Assembly (NCBI GenBank): GCA_963745075.1
Contig: CAVUWV010000030.1
Span: 26,309 to 90,308, forward strand
DNA length: 64,000 nt
Source of the DNA: Candidatus Hydrogenedentota bacterium
GTDB lineage: Bacteria; Hydrogenedentota; Hydrogenedentia; Hydrogenedentales; SLHB01
Reading direction: 5' to 3'
Shown: piece after piece, positions 40,059 to 50,276 of the stretch
Position numbering within the stretch: position 1 is the first letter of the stretch
How the letters are laid out: each line of letters starts with the position of its first letter
Position numbers and translations under genes: made by a program
Notes under the pieces: generated by a model
What the model saw: the letters and a program-made list of their open reading frames with translations, nothing else
Told to the model about the DNA's origin: nothing
The model's database searches: none

Positions 40059-40931
40059 TTAGCGAACGGCGGCGCCTTCTGTGCTCAGTTGCGCATTCTT
40101 GGTCGAGTGTCCGGAGGGTGATTCGAGCCACCTGCGGTAGTAGGCGTCGACGGCGTTTTGCAGCAGCCGTTTGTGCGCCTCCGCGTTGGGGTGGATGCCG
40201 TCGGGGGAGATGCCGGCCGGCATGCCCTTTGCCGGATCGCCGCCGGGAAGCGGCACGGATTTCGGCGGTGCCCCGAACCAGTATTGAAGGGTTCCCCAGT
40301 TGTCGACGTATTCGCAGCGGTCGATTTCACCGGCGAGTTCTTCCTTGCGGTCGCCCAGCTCGTGAAACCACGTGTTCAGTTCCTGCGTGGTGGCGCGATG
40401 GAAGTCCATTTTCCAGGCCTGATGGGCAAGCTCGAAATCGAGATAATCGTATCCCGCGATGACGACATGCATGTTCCCACGTACGGCGAGGCAAGTCTCG
40501 ACGATGGTTCGGATGTCAGCGATAATAGGGTCCCACATGCGCTGACGTTCTTCGGCACTCTTGCCGGTGAAGTCCCCCTTTATTGCCCGCGAAAGAAAGT
40601 CGTTCCCGCCGATCATGAGGTGGACGATATCGATGGTGGGATACTTCTCCAATTCCGCTTTGATTTCTGCGAGGTGTTCCGGTTTCGCCCAGTCCGACGC
40701 TTTACGCCCTCCCCACGCCGTCACCTTCCCTTCGGTTTCGTATGCGCCCAAACCGTTCTCCGCGAGCACGTCGTTGAAGACGTCCGGCGAGGGGAAGCCG
40801 TCGTGGTTTTCGGCGGTGATGGAGGCCGACCAGCTATCGCCGACGATCAGAATGCGTTTTGTGGCGTCCTGCGCGTAGACGAGCGCGCATATCGCGACGA
40901 GCGCAAACCGTGTCAGAATGAATCGGGGCAT
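40059..40931 (-). CDS. Secreted SGNH/GDSL hydrolase
   Basis: ILIVGDSW (block I), IGGND (block III), DGIHP (block V); signal peptide ending VYA. Confidence 0.88.
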   Translation of the reverse strand: MPRFILTRFALVAICALVYAQDATKRILIVGDSWSASITAENHDGFPSPDVFNDVLAENGLGAYETEGKVTAWGGRKASDWAKPEHLAEIKAELEKYPTIDIVHLMIGGNDFLSRAIKGDFTGKSAEERQRMWDPIIADIRTIVETCLAVRGNMHVVIAGYDYLDFELAHQAWKMDFHRATTQELNTWFHELGDRKEELAGEIDRCEYVDNWGTLQYWFGAPPKSVPLPGGDPAKGMPAGISPDGIHPNAEAHKRLLQNAVDAYYRRWLESPSGHSTKNAQLSTEGAAVR

Positions 40932-41043
40932 TCGTCTATTCTCCATATTGTGGTGGTTCCGATCACGGGGGAAGCCGGTCCGGCTGGGAGATTGCCGGAC
41001 CGGCCTATCCGAAGGTGTCATAGGTTAGAGACTGGGGAAACGA

Positions 41044-42045
41044 TCAATTGTCTACGATGGCGCTCGTTCCGCCGATCCAACTGGCAAGGTTTTCACCATA
41101 GGTGCCAACGTCACTATTCGCTGCCGGATACTGGGAGCCGTACTTCAAGAAGGAGACGTGTCCATCCATGTAGAGGGCGTTGACGCCACCGGGGATGTGG
41201 TTGAACGATTCCAGTGCGGGGTACGACAGGCCAAGGGCCGGGAATGAGAGTGGATCGCCGCCATACGCGTCCAGCATGGTGGGGATTTCCGACTGAGCTT
41301 TTGCGCTCCCCGCCGGATTGTTAATGTCGGTGATGAAGAACCGCTCGATGCCTTCACGAAGCCGTTGATACTCGTTGGGTAGGGCCATTCCATCGTCGTC
41401 GGTGGTTCCGGCTACGCCGTCGCCGCCCGAAGTCTTGTATGTGGAGGTGTCCAGGACATTCGGCATTTCGTAGTTTGGCCGTGCTTCGATGGCCCAGGTG
41501 CAGCCGTACAACTTAGCAGATGATTCCTCGGGTACCGTGTAGGCGCCCGCGCCTGGATTGAAGAACTTGTGGAAGGTCAGACCGACGATAATGTCCTTCA
41601 AAGTTGACGACGAATCGACCGCATACGGGATATAGTAATACGAAGGAAGCATGCTCGTCAGCGAGTCCAGGCAGGTCTTCGCATCCGGCTCGGACGCAGC
41701 CGATTCACTGGCCAGTTGCAAACGCTCGTCGAACCCGAATTCGTTGGAATCGGACGGACAGACCGCGATGTTCATGTCAGTCAAATACTCGGGGTACATG
41801 ACCGGGCCGTCGATTCCGATGATAAAACTGCTCCCAAATCGGGACACTGGGGGCATCACCTCGCCGTCGCTTTCGTTTGCGAACATTTTGATGACGATGC
41901 CCCACTGCTTCAGGTTGTTTTGGCACGAGGCGCGGCGCGCGGCCTCCCGAGCCCGCGCCAAGGCGGGAAGTAATATGGCCGCCAGAATTCCAATAATGGC
42001 GATAACGACCAAGAGTTCAATCAGCGTGAAACCCCTTTTTCTCAT
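41044..42045 (-). CDS. DUF1559 / prepilin-type N-terminal methylation, H-X9-DG domain protein
   Basis: KRG|[61 protein letters not shown]. Confidence 0.93.
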   Translation of the reverse strand: MRKRGFTLIELLVVIAIIGILAAILLPALARAREAARRASCQNNLKQWGIVIKMFANESDGEVMPPVSRFGSSFIIGIDGPVMYPEYLTDMNIAVCPSDSNEFGFDERLQLASESAASEPDAKTCLDSLTSMLPSYYYIPYAVDSSSTLKDIIVGLTFHKFFNPGAGAYTVPEESSAKLYGCTWAIEARPNYEMPNVLDTSTYKTSGGDGVAGTTDDDGMALPNEYQRLREGIERFFITDINNPAGSAKAQSEIPTMLDAYGGDPLSFPALGLSYPALESFNHIPGGVNALYMDGHVSFLKYGSQYPAANSDVGTYGENLASWIGGTSAIVDN

Positions 42046-42132
42046 TGCTCCATCCTCCCTCTCATGTAGAATAGCGTTTACTTTCTACGCTCCACGTTCT
42101 CACCCGCGAGCGACACCCGAACTAGAGAAGGA

Positions 42133-42147
42133 GCAACAGGAATGCCA
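42133..42147 (-). promoter_or_regulatory. Sigma54 promoter of the DUF1559 gene 41044-42045
   Basis: Minus strand TGGCATTCCTGTTGC (GG-N10-GC), about 90 nt upstream of the ATG. Confidence 0.75.
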
Positions 42148-42305
42148 AGTTTGGTGAAACTCATTAACTCATGATCCCCCAGTTGTTTGCGTCTATAGGG
42201 TGTCCGCATGGGAGGAGAGGTAGTGCTCCGTTTGAAACACATTTCGGCACACAATGTGAAACACTTGTGTAACAGCGACCGATATGGTGGGAACCGCCAG
42301 CCTGG

Positions 42306-44048
42306 TCAGTCCTTGTTGCCGGCGAGGCGCCGGTAGAGCGTCGTCCGGCTGATGCCGAGGATGCGGGCTGCCTTGGCCCGGTTGCCACCGGCCAGGGCGA
42401 TGGCCTCCTGAATTCGCTGTTCTTCAGAGGCGTCGGGATTCATGAAACCACCTCCCCCCGCGGGCTGGTATGAGAAGGTATGTATCGGGGAGGCGCCGGG
42501 GACCGGCGATGAAAGTTCCGGAGGCAAATCAGCGGATTGAATTGCGGTCCCCCGGCAGGAGATGGCAGCGGCTTCGATGACGTTCTGCAATTCCCGCACA
42601 TTGCCTGGCCAGGAGTAGGCGATCAGCATGGAGGCTACTTCGGGACTGAATCCATTGATCGTTTTGCCGGATTTGGCCGTGAACTGCCGGAGGAAACTCG
42701 ACGCCAGAAGTGGGATATCCTCGCGTCGCGAACGAAGCGGAGGAAGATTGATGCGGGCCACGCGCACGCGATAGAGCAGGTCGTTGCGGAAGCGGCCGTT
42801 TGCGACGGCGCGTGTGAGGTCGTGGTTTGTGGCGGATAGCAGCCTGACATCAACGGACTGCGGCACCGACTCGCCGACGCGGACAATTTCGCGCTCCTGG
42901 ACGACGCGGAGCAGCATGGTTTGAACGACCGGCGGGATGTCGCCGATTTCATCGAGAAAGAGTGTGCCGCCGTCGGCGGCCTCGAAGTACCCGACGTGAT
43001 CGTTAACCGCGCCGGTGAAGGCGCCTTTCGTGTGTCCGAAGAGTTGGCTAGCCAGGATGGATTCCGTGAGCCCGGCACAGTTGACGGCGATGAACGGTTT
43101 GTCCGATCGGTGGCCGGAGAAATGGATCGCACGCGCCACGAGTTCTTTGCCGGTGCCGGTTTCTCCTTCGATCATCACGGTCGTATCGTAGCGGGCCAAT
43201 TCGCCGATCTGCTGGAAGATGATTTGCATGGCTTCGCTCTTGCCAATGATGTCGCAGAATTGCGCCTTTCCATCGAGCAGCCTGCGCAATCCATGGACAT
43301 CGGTCACGTCATAGAGCACCAGGATTTTGCGTCTCTTGTCGCGGGGTTCGTCGAGGACCTCCAACTCGGTCCAGAAACGCTCTCCATTGGGGGTTTCCCA
43401 GTGGAGTGGAAGACGTGACCGCTGTGCGGGGGGCAAACCGATTTGTTCGCGAATGGCCGCACGATCGGCGTTCGAGACGGGCAAGACATCCGCCCAGGAG
43501 ACTCCGAGGAGTTGTTGTCTCGGCATTCCGACCAGCCGTTCAAAGGCCCGGCTGACGAAGGAGAGCTGCTCGCCGTCCTCGCGCGTAATGCCGGTTCCCG
43601 TCCGCAATTCGTCCAGAATCGAGCGAACATCGTTGCGGCTTCGCACGATCTGTTTCTGCAACTGATATTTTTCGATGGCGTAGCGGATAGTCCGATCGAG
43701 CAGGGGCGGAGAAAGGCTCGCCTTGGTCATATATTCGTCCGCGCCGGCAGATAACGACTCCTCATCGATTGCCCGGTCGTCGTAGGCCGTCAACATAATG
43801 ACGGGGACTTGGATGTCGGACTGACGAATGTGCTTCAGGAACTGCAGACCCGACCGATCGCCCAACAGGTAATCCAGGAGGATGATGTCGGGGGGCGCAT
43901 CCTGAAAGGTCCGCAGCGCCTCCTCGACCGTCGACGCCCACGTGAGGGAATAGGACGAGCCCGGGATATCGTCGAATACGTCTCGCGTAATGACATAGTC
44001 GGCGCGGTCGTCATCGATAAGCAGCACGTGTATCGGATTGGTTGAAAT
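42306..44048 (-). CDS. Sigma54-dependent activator, REC-PAS-AAA+-HTH (NtrC/Fis family)
   Basis: LLIDDD, LLDYLLGD, GETGTGKE, GAFTGA, FLDEIG, WPGNVREL, AARILGISRTTLYRRL. The best-spaced start is ATT 44048 (or GTG 44027). Confidence 0.95.
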   Translation of the reverse strand: MSTNPIHVLLIDDDRADYVITRDVFDDIPGSSYSLTWASTVEEALRTFQDAPPDIILLDYLLGDRSGLQFLKHIRQSDIQVPVIMLTAYDDRAIDEESLSAGADEYMTKASLSPPLLDRTIRYAIEKYQLQKQIVRSRNDVRSILDELRTGTGITREDGEQLSFVSRAFERLVGMPRQQLLGVSWADVLPVSNADRAAIREQIGLPPAQRSRLPLHWETPNGERFWTELEVLDEPRDKRRKILVLYDVTDVHGLRRLLDGKAQFCDIIGKSEAMQIIFQQIGELARYDTTVMIEGETGTGKELVARAIHFSGHRSDKPFIAVNCAGLTESILASQLFGHTKGAFTGAVNDHVGYFEAADGGTLFLDEIGDIPPVVQTMLLRVVQEREIVRVGESVPQSVDVRLLSATNHDLTRAVANGRFRNDLLYRVRVARINLPPLRSRREDIPLLASSFLRQFTAKSGKTINGFSPEVASMLIAYSWPGNVRELQNVIEAAAISCRGTAIQSADLPPELSSPVPGASPIHTFSYQPAGGGGFMNPDASEEQRIQEAIALAGGNRAKAARILGISRTTLYRRLAGNKD

Positions 44049-44063
44049 GGGTCGTCCCCCTCT

Positions 44064-46007
44064 CTACAAAGCGGCCGGCGCTTCTTCCCTCGAATCGACG
44101 GCCTGCGCATCCTGTTCCTGTGCGATGGGCAGTACCACCGTGAATCTGGTTCCCCCGCCGGCCACGGATTCGACATCAATCGAGCCGCCATGGCGTTCCG
44201 CGATCTTCCGGCATACCGCCAAGCCGACACCGCTTCCCTCACGGCTTCCTTCGTCGTGGACCCGTTGAAACAAGGCAAAAATGCGGTCTGCGTCGGCCGC
44301 ATCGATTCCAGGTCCATCATCGTGCACGTGGATGGCACAGCGTTCACCGGGCGCAGCACCGGCTGCCGGTTTGCTTGAATATACGCGCACGCGAGGCTGC
44401 TCGCCGTCTCGGCCATATTTTAGCCCGTTGTCAATTAGATTCTGCAATAGCTGTCGCATTTGAAGGGGGTCCGCTTCGATGACCGGGAGCGGCTCGATGT
44501 CGACGGAGCCGCCGGTTTCGTCGATACGGACTGCCAAGTCGCCGACAACGTCCCGCGCGATCCGGGTCAGATCCACCCACACAAAGGGGCTTCCATGGGT
44601 GGTTACACGCGATACTTGCAGGATATTTGTGATGAGCCGTTGCATGCGCTCCGTGCTGGCCTCGATGAGTTCAAGGTACTCTTCCGCGCGTCCCGAGGGT
44701 CCCTCTCCGAGTTGCCGATGCAGCTGTTCGGCGAGCACCCTGACCTTGCGGAGCGGCTCCTTCAAATCGTGGGACGCGATTACCGCGAAATCCTGGAGGT
44801 CGTTATTGCTGATGGCGAGTTGCCGGTTCAACTGTTGCAAGGATTCGTTGGAATGCTCCAGCAAATCAAGGAGTTCGTCGCGCTCGGCTTCAAACTGTTT
44901 GCGCGCGGCAATCTCCGTGGATAGGCGCTCGTTCGTGCGCTGCAGTTCGGCGGTACGGCGGAGTACGAGGGCTTCCGCTTTTCGCCGTTGCCGAATCTGT
45001 GAGAGAAAGTGCTCGAATGCGACCGCGGTAAGGCTTAAACCGGCCAAGAGCCCCAGGAGAGGCTGCCAGGTGTAGGCCTCGGAAAGATAGGCCTGCGTGG
45101 GCGTGCAGACGAACCGCCATCGCCGTGTCGTAGCCAACTCGATTTCCCCCGTGTAGTTCATGCGATCCTCCGTCAGGACTTCGCCTTCAGCGACGGACGC
45201 TTCGTTGTTCTCCGCGGGCCGATGATAGAGTGCCTTTTCTCCGTCGAGGGCGAACGCGTCGAAGATATGAAGGTTTACCCGTTTCTGGTCAAGCCGCGTG
45301 AGGGCAACGTCCACAACGTCTTTGACCTGGAATGCGCCGATGGCGTACCCAATGAAACGCCCCGCTTCGGGCATCGACGTGGGCAGTTCGGAATTGCGTT
45401 CGCGGACGGCGGTGACGACCAGTACCGTGGTTGGTCCGAGCGATTCCTTCATTCGGGCGCAGTTGGAGACAACGAAGATCTTGTCCGACTCGCGCGCGTA
45501 GTCCAGGTACTTACGCAGGTGCGGATCGGCGGCAAAATCGTAGCCGAGCACGTCGTCGTGGTTTTTTACTCCATTCACGGCGCGTATCGGATAGGAGTCA
45601 CCTTCGCGCACTTGATTTTGGATGGCGAAGTGTTCGTGCAAGGTTTGTGCTTGCCGTACGAAAGATGCTCGTTCATCCGGTGGGACTGCCGGCGCCCAGA
45701 TCAACGTGAGCGTGTCGTAGCGTTCGCTCGAAAACGGAGGCAAGCGACGGTTATAAACGCCCTCGCCGGGCGCAACGGGAATAGCCAAAGTGGCGGCGGT
45801 CCACCGTACTGCGTCGATGTTGGCGTCGACAACTTTTTCGATGGCGCTAATGTAAGTCTTGGCCTGGTCGGCAAAATCAAACTTCGCGGTCTGTTCATCG
45901 CGAACACGCAATAACCGATAGAACAGCAGAGATATCACCAATCCCGCCAGTAGGGTCAAGGCCGCCGGCCAGTACGCGCGAACGATTCCGCTTGGGGTGT
46001 GCTTCAT
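44064..46007 (-). CDS. CHASE-domain sensor histidine kinase
   Basis: Two TMs flanking a CHASE-like region (VLGYDFAADP, FIGYAIGAF); ASHDLKEPL, QLLQNLIDNGLKY, DDGPGI, GSGVGLAVC. Confidence 0.92.
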   Translation of the reverse strand: MKHTPSGIVRAYWPAALTLLAGLVISLLFYRLLRVRDEQTAKFDFADQAKTYISAIEKVVDANIDAVRWTAATLAIPVAPGEGVYNRRLPPFSSERYDTLTLIWAPAVPPDERASFVRQAQTLHEHFAIQNQVREGDSYPIRAVNGVKNHDDVLGYDFAADPHLRKYLDYARESDKIFVVSNCARMKESLGPTTVLVVTAVRERNSELPTSMPEAGRFIGYAIGAFQVKDVVDVALTRLDQKRVNLHIFDAFALDGEKALYHRPAENNEASVAEGEVLTEDRMNYTGEIELATTRRWRFVCTPTQAYLSEAYTWQPLLGLLAGLSLTAVAFEHFLSQIRQRRKAEALVLRRTAELQRTNERLSTEIAARKQFEAERDELLDLLEHSNESLQQLNRQLAISNNDLQDFAVIASHDLKEPLRKVRVLAEQLHRQLGEGPSGRAEEYLELIEASTERMQRLITNILQVSRVTTHGSPFVWVDLTRIARDVVGDLAVRIDETGGSVDIEPLPVIEADPLQMRQLLQNLIDNGLKYGRDGEQPRVRVYSSKPAAGAAPGERCAIHVHDDGPGIDAADADRIFALFQRVHDEGSREGSGVGLAVCRKIAERHGGSIDVESVAGGGTRFTVVLPIAQEQDAQAVDSREEAPAAL

Positions 46008-46047
46008 AACGTCTTCACCGTGTTAAGTATTCCGTGCTCGCGTGTGT

Positions 46048-47034
46048 TCAATCCGCCCCTGAAACCGTCGACATGACTTGGGCGAGGTCGGCGCCATAGG
46101 TATCGGGAGGGCTGTTCGCCACGGGGAACCGGCTTCCGAGAGTTATAAACTTTACATGGCCGTCGAAATAGAGGACGTTTGAGCCGCCGGGGATATGGTT
46201 GAAACGGGCCGTTCCTCCCAGGAGGGGAACGTTGGCCGCCCATGTGTCCATGAGTACCGGTATCTCGGTTTGGCCTTTATAACCGGAAGCCGGCGAGTTT
46301 ATGTCCGTGATAACGAATCGTTCGATTCCGTTCCGCAGGCGCTTGTACCCGGACGGCATGAGGCTCCCGTCGTCGTCGATCTTTCCGTATCCGGCTTGAA
46401 ACTGCGGGTCACCGGGGATGTCGTCTTCGCCCAGGGAACCGTAGGCAACGAACTGTTTTTTCGGGCATCCCTGGTTCTGCATTTCGATCGCGTCGACAAA
46501 CACGGCGTTTCCGCGATCGCTTTCGTCAATTGCGATCAGAACCCGGCTGAGGATGATGTCTTTCAATTGCGATGACGAGTTCGTCAGATAGGAAATGTAC
46601 GTGTAGGAGACGCCCAACGACAACAACGCGTCGACACAGAGTGGCGTCGCGCCCGCATCGATGGCGTCTTTCACATAGGACTCGAGATTCAGTTTGAGTA
46701 CTCCCACAAACTCCCGGGCCCGCGAGTCGGATGGACAAAGGGTGATGTTCAGATCGGTCATGTAGTCTGGGTAGAGCACGGAACCGCGCACCCAGGACAG
46801 CGTCGGGGCGCCGTTCAGATGCCACTTTTGCGTCGGAGGATAGGATTCCTGTGGGTCCTCGGCGGCGTACATTTGGAGCACAAGGGACAGTTGCTTGAGG
46901 TTGCTTTGACAGGCTGCGCGACGCGCGGCTTCTCGCGACCGGGCCAAAGCCGGCAGCAGCACGGCGGCCAGAATTGCGATGATGGCGATCACCACGATGA
47001 GTTCAAGTAAGGTCAGCCCAACCTTTCCGATCAC
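46048..47034 (-). CDS. DUF1559 / H-X9-DG pilin-like protein (paralog)
   Basis: GTG start after GGAG; KVG|[42 protein letters not shown]; [15 protein letters not shown]. Confidence 0.92.
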   Translation of the reverse strand: MIGKVGLTLLELIVVIAIIAILAAVLLPALARSREAARRAACQSNLKQLSLVLQMYAAEDPQESYPPTQKWHLNGAPTLSWVRGSVLYPDYMTDLNITLCPSDSRAREFVGVLKLNLESYVKDAIDAGATPLCVDALLSLGVSYTYISYLTNSSSQLKDIILSRVLIAIDESDRGNAVFVDAIEMQNQGCPKKQFVAYGSLGEDDIPGDPQFQAGYGKIDDDGSLMPSGYKRLRNGIERFVITDINSPASGYKGQTEIPVLMDTWAANVPLLGGTARFNHIPGGSNVLYFDGHVKFITLGSRFPVANSPPDTYGADLAQVMSTVSGAD

Positions 47035-47135
47035 GAAGCACTCCGCGGGTCCACCCGTGACCCGGTTTGAGGTATAAGGGTACCCCATCTACGGCCGTAG
47101 CCCTGTAAAAGGCGATTTGGCGCGAACGCCCGAAG

Positions 47136-47152
47136 TGCAGCGACTGCGCCAA
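47136..47152 (-). promoter_or_regulatory. Sigma54 promoter of the DUF1559 gene 46048-47034
   Basis: Minus strand TTGGCGCAGTCGCTGCA (GG-N10-GC), about 100 nt upstream of the start. Confidence 0.62.
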
Positions 47153-47310
47153 CTTCTTACGACGTTCATTATACAACATATGGGTGTAAGCAGAACCTGT
47201 CGAGGGCCAAATTGGCTTTGTTGTGGACGCTTCCAACCGGTTTCTGGTAGCTTCTATCCCATGTACCTGTGCGTAATTTCGGGTTTATACCGTTTTCGAG
47301 GAGGACACTG

Positions 47311-48078
47311 ATGAGTCATGAGCGATCGATACTTTCACGTCGGGCATTGTTGCAGGGTGCGGCGTTGGCGGGCGGTGCGTGTGCGCTGGGGCCGGCCGTG
47401 AGCGCCGCGGCTGTTCAGGAAAGCGCAGCCCCGCCGCTGAACGCGGGTGACGTGGTCCTGTTCCAGGGAGATTCCATCACGGACGCAGGCCGAAACCGGG
47501 ACGCCGTGGGCGCGAACGATCCGCATGGGTTCGGCTTTGGTTATCCCTTCATGATTGCGTCGCGGATGCTCGGGGTGTATCCGGGACTGAAGTTGCAGTG
47601 TTACAACCGCGGTATCAGCGGGAACAAGGTCCCGGATCTCCAGGCCCGATGGCAGACGGATACGCTGGACCTCAAGCCGAACGTGCTGAGCATTCTGATT
47701 GGCGTGAACGACATCTGGCACAAGCTCGATGGGAAATACGATGGTACGGTCGAAGACTACGAAGAAGGTTTCGCGGCGTTGCTGGCGGAGACGATTCAGG
47801 CGTTGCCGGGCCTGAAGCTGATCATCTGCGAACCGTTCGTGCTGCGGTGCGGCGCGGTGAACGACCAGTGGTTCCCCGAGTTCGACCAACGGCGCGAGGC
47901 GGCGAAACGCGTTGCCGATCTCGCGGGGGCGACTTGGGTGCCGTTCCAGTCCATGTTCAATGATGCGATCAGCGATGCGACTCCACCGGAATACTGGGCT
48001 GCAGACGGCGTGCATCCAACGATGGCCGGTCATGCGCTAATGACAAAGACCTGGCTCGACGTTACGGGTTTGGGATAG
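47311..48078 (+). CDS. Tat-exported SGNH/GDSL hydrolase
   Basis: GAGGAGG RBS; SRRALL signal; FQGDSITD, NRGISGN, IGVND, DGVHP. Confidence 0.92.
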   Translation: MSHERSILSRRALLQGAALAGGACALGPAVSAAAVQESAAPPLNAGDVVLFQGDSITDAGRNRDAVGANDPHGFGFGYPFMIASRMLGVYPGLKLQCYNRGISGNKVPDLQARWQTDTLDLKPNVLSILIGVNDIWHKLDGKYDGTVEDYEEGFAALLAETIQALPGLKLIICEPFVLRCGAVNDQWFPEFDQRREAAKRVADLAGATWVPFQSMFNDAISDATPPEYWAADGVHPTMAGHALMTKTWLDVTGLG

Positions 48079-48189
48079 GGCATCGAGGCATTTTCATTTT
48101 CGGCGTCTTCGTCTCAGTCTGGCGAAGGCGCCGGTTTGTCTTCATGGAACGCACGCGGCTGAGCTGCACGCCGTACAGGAGGTCAGACC

Positions 48190-48687
48190 GTGACCAAACT
48201 TCATTTTCCCAAGCCGTTCGAGCACACCCACGCGCCGGTAGCAAACGTCAATGAAATCGTCCAGGAGCGCATGACGGTCGGCCAGCACGCCGCGGACACG
48301 GTGGCGCGGGTGGCCGGCTCCTGGGGGTTCATCATCACCCAGTCGGTCATCCTCACGGGTTGGGTGATCCTGAACATCACCGCGTGGGCCGCCCACTGGG
48401 ACCCCTACCCTTTCATCCTGTTGAACCTTTTTTTGTCCTTGCAGGCGGCCTACACTGCGCCCATTATCATGATGAGCCAAAACCGGCAAAACATCCGCGA
48501 CCGCATCGAAGCCCATCAGGATTACTTGGTAAACCAAAAGGCCGAGGAAGAGATCCGCGCGGTCTTGAATCATCTTGCGGCGCAGAACCACGCGCTCGAG
48601 GAGATTCACGCCGCACTGGCGAACGGCGCCGCCGGAGCACGGGGCAATGATGCGCGGGCCAACGATCCAACGGCGCCTGAGCGCTGA
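48190..48687 (+). CDS. DUF1003 membrane protein
   Basis: ADTVARVAGSWGFI, WDPYPFILLNLFLSLQAAYTAPIIMMSQNRQ. Confidence 0.92.
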   Translation: MTKLHFPKPFEHTHAPVANVNEIVQERMTVGQHAADTVARVAGSWGFIITQSVILTGWVILNITAWAAHWDPYPFILLNLFLSLQAAYTAPIIMMSQNRQNIRDRIEAHQDYLVNQKAEEEIRAVLNHLAAQNHALEEIHAALANGAAGARGNDARANDPTAPER

Positions 48688-48720
48688 CGGAAGCGCGCGA
48701 GCCGAATGCTCGGTGCGACC

Positions 48721-50052
48721 TCAGATACGCCACGGTCCCCGCATGGAGCGGGTGAGCATCCGTTCGGCGGTGGAGTCATCGAGGATTTGCTCGTTGACGG
48801 GATCCCATCGGATTTTCCGTTGTAGTTTCATGGCGATGTTGCCGAGGTGGGCGGGCGTGATGGAGCGATGGGCGATCTCGATGGGCGCGGCGGTCCGCTC
48901 CCGCGCGCGAACGCAGTGAATGAAATTCTCGTAGTGGCCGTGGCTGGCATAGAGGTGGATTTCATTGGGGCCAATCCGTTCCTGTTTCAGTGACGCCGGT
49001 TCGGACCCGCCTTCCAAATCGATCCAGCCGTCGGTGCCTTCGAAACGAACGCCGTGGGGCAGCTTGCTCGACACGATCATGGTGTAGCCTTCGGCATAGG
49101 TGCAGCGGAACTCGAAGTCCGTGGCCGTGTTGTTCAGCCAGTCGTTCGGGTAGACCGCCTCTCCTACCACCTCCACCGGACCGGACAACTCGGTGCCCAT
49201 GCCCCAGTGGGCCATGTCGATCATGTGCGCGCCCCAATCCGTGACCTGTCCCCCGGAGTAGTCGTAGTTCCAGCGAAAGGTGAAGTGGCAACGCCGTAGC
49301 GTGTACGGCGCCCAAGGCGCGGGACCGAGCCAGCGGTTGTATTCGAGGTTGGGCGGTGGATCGGTAATGGGGTTGTCGGGTACGGCCAGGGTTTGTCCGC
49401 CCGGCAGGCCGACCTTGATGGTATGCAGCTTGCCGATACGCCCGTTACGGACCAGTTCGCACGAGTAACGGCATTCGTCGCTGGAACGGCGCTGGCTGCC
49501 GGTCTGAAACACGCGGCCGTATCGCTGCACCGCGTTGACCATGGCCTGGCCTTGTTGGATGGTCAAGGACAGCGGCTTTTGACAGTAGATGTCCTTCCCC
49601 GCTCGCGCAGCCTCCACGACGACAATGCCATGCCAGTGATCGGGCGTGGCGATGGAGACCGCGTCGATGTCGTCGCGCGCGAGGAGTTCTTCGAAGTAGA
49701 CGTATTCGTCGACGCCGTTCCAGGCGCCGCTCGTCGTGTTTGCGCCGTAGTGTTCCTTGAGGGCTTGCACCGCCTGGGCGCGTCCCCGAAACCAGCCGCG
49801 CTCGTAGTTCTCGCTGCCGGAATCCACGTCGCACACAGCAACCATCTGCACGCCGCGCACACCAATGAGGTTGCGCACGTCGCGGTCGCCCTGTCCGCCG
49901 ACGCCGATCACACCCATGACGATGCGTTCGCTCGGTGCGACGGCACCGTCCCGCCCCAAGGCCGATGCGGGTACAATCATCGGGGCCGACGCCGCCGCGG
50001 CCGTGGCCAGGAAACGGCGGCGGGTGATCTGGTGCGGTTTGTGTTGATTCAC
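48721..50052 (-). CDS. Tat-exported Gfo/Idh/MocA family oxidoreductase
   Basis: TRRRFL signal; MGVIGVGGQG, ATPDHWH, DIYCQKPL, FQTGSQRRS, TDWGAHMID. Confidence 0.93.
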   Translation of the reverse strand: MNQHKPHQITRRRFLATAAAASAPMIVPASALGRDGAVAPSERIVMGVIGVGGQGDRDVRNLIGVRGVQMVAVCDVDSGSENYERGWFRGRAQAVQALKEHYGANTTSGAWNGVDEYVYFEELLARDDIDAVSIATPDHWHGIVVVEAARAGKDIYCQKPLSLTIQQGQAMVNAVQRYGRVFQTGSQRRSSDECRYSCELVRNGRIGKLHTIKVGLPGGQTLAVPDNPITDPPPNLEYNRWLGPAPWAPYTLRRCHFTFRWNYDYSGGQVTDWGAHMIDMAHWGMGTELSGPVEVVGEAVYPNDWLNNTATDFEFRCTYAEGYTMIVSSKLPHGVRFEGTDGWIDLEGGSEPASLKQERIGPNEIHLYASHGHYENFIHCVRARERTAAPIEIAHRSITPAHLGNIAMKLQRKIRWDPVNEQILDDSTAERMLTRSMRGPWRI

Positions 50053-50276
50053 GTGAAGGTTCCAGTTCGTCGTTGATGTGAATCATTCTGCACGTGCGAC
50101 GCGGACGTGTAAAGCGGACAGTCAACTGCTGGAAGGTCTGCCCTCACGCGACGTGGCAGTTGCGGGAATTGTCGATGGGCACGGATGTAGCGCAGGCGTT
50201 TCGTCTGCAACCGTACGGCAAACTTCGACACTAAGGTATACCCCCACGGTTGCAGGCGAGATGCCTGCGCTACGAC

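Noticed and set aside
45990-46007. Histidine kinase N-terminus MKHTPS resembling the MKH[IL]K peptide motif
   Set aside because: Only three residues match, and it begins a 647-aa membrane kinase.
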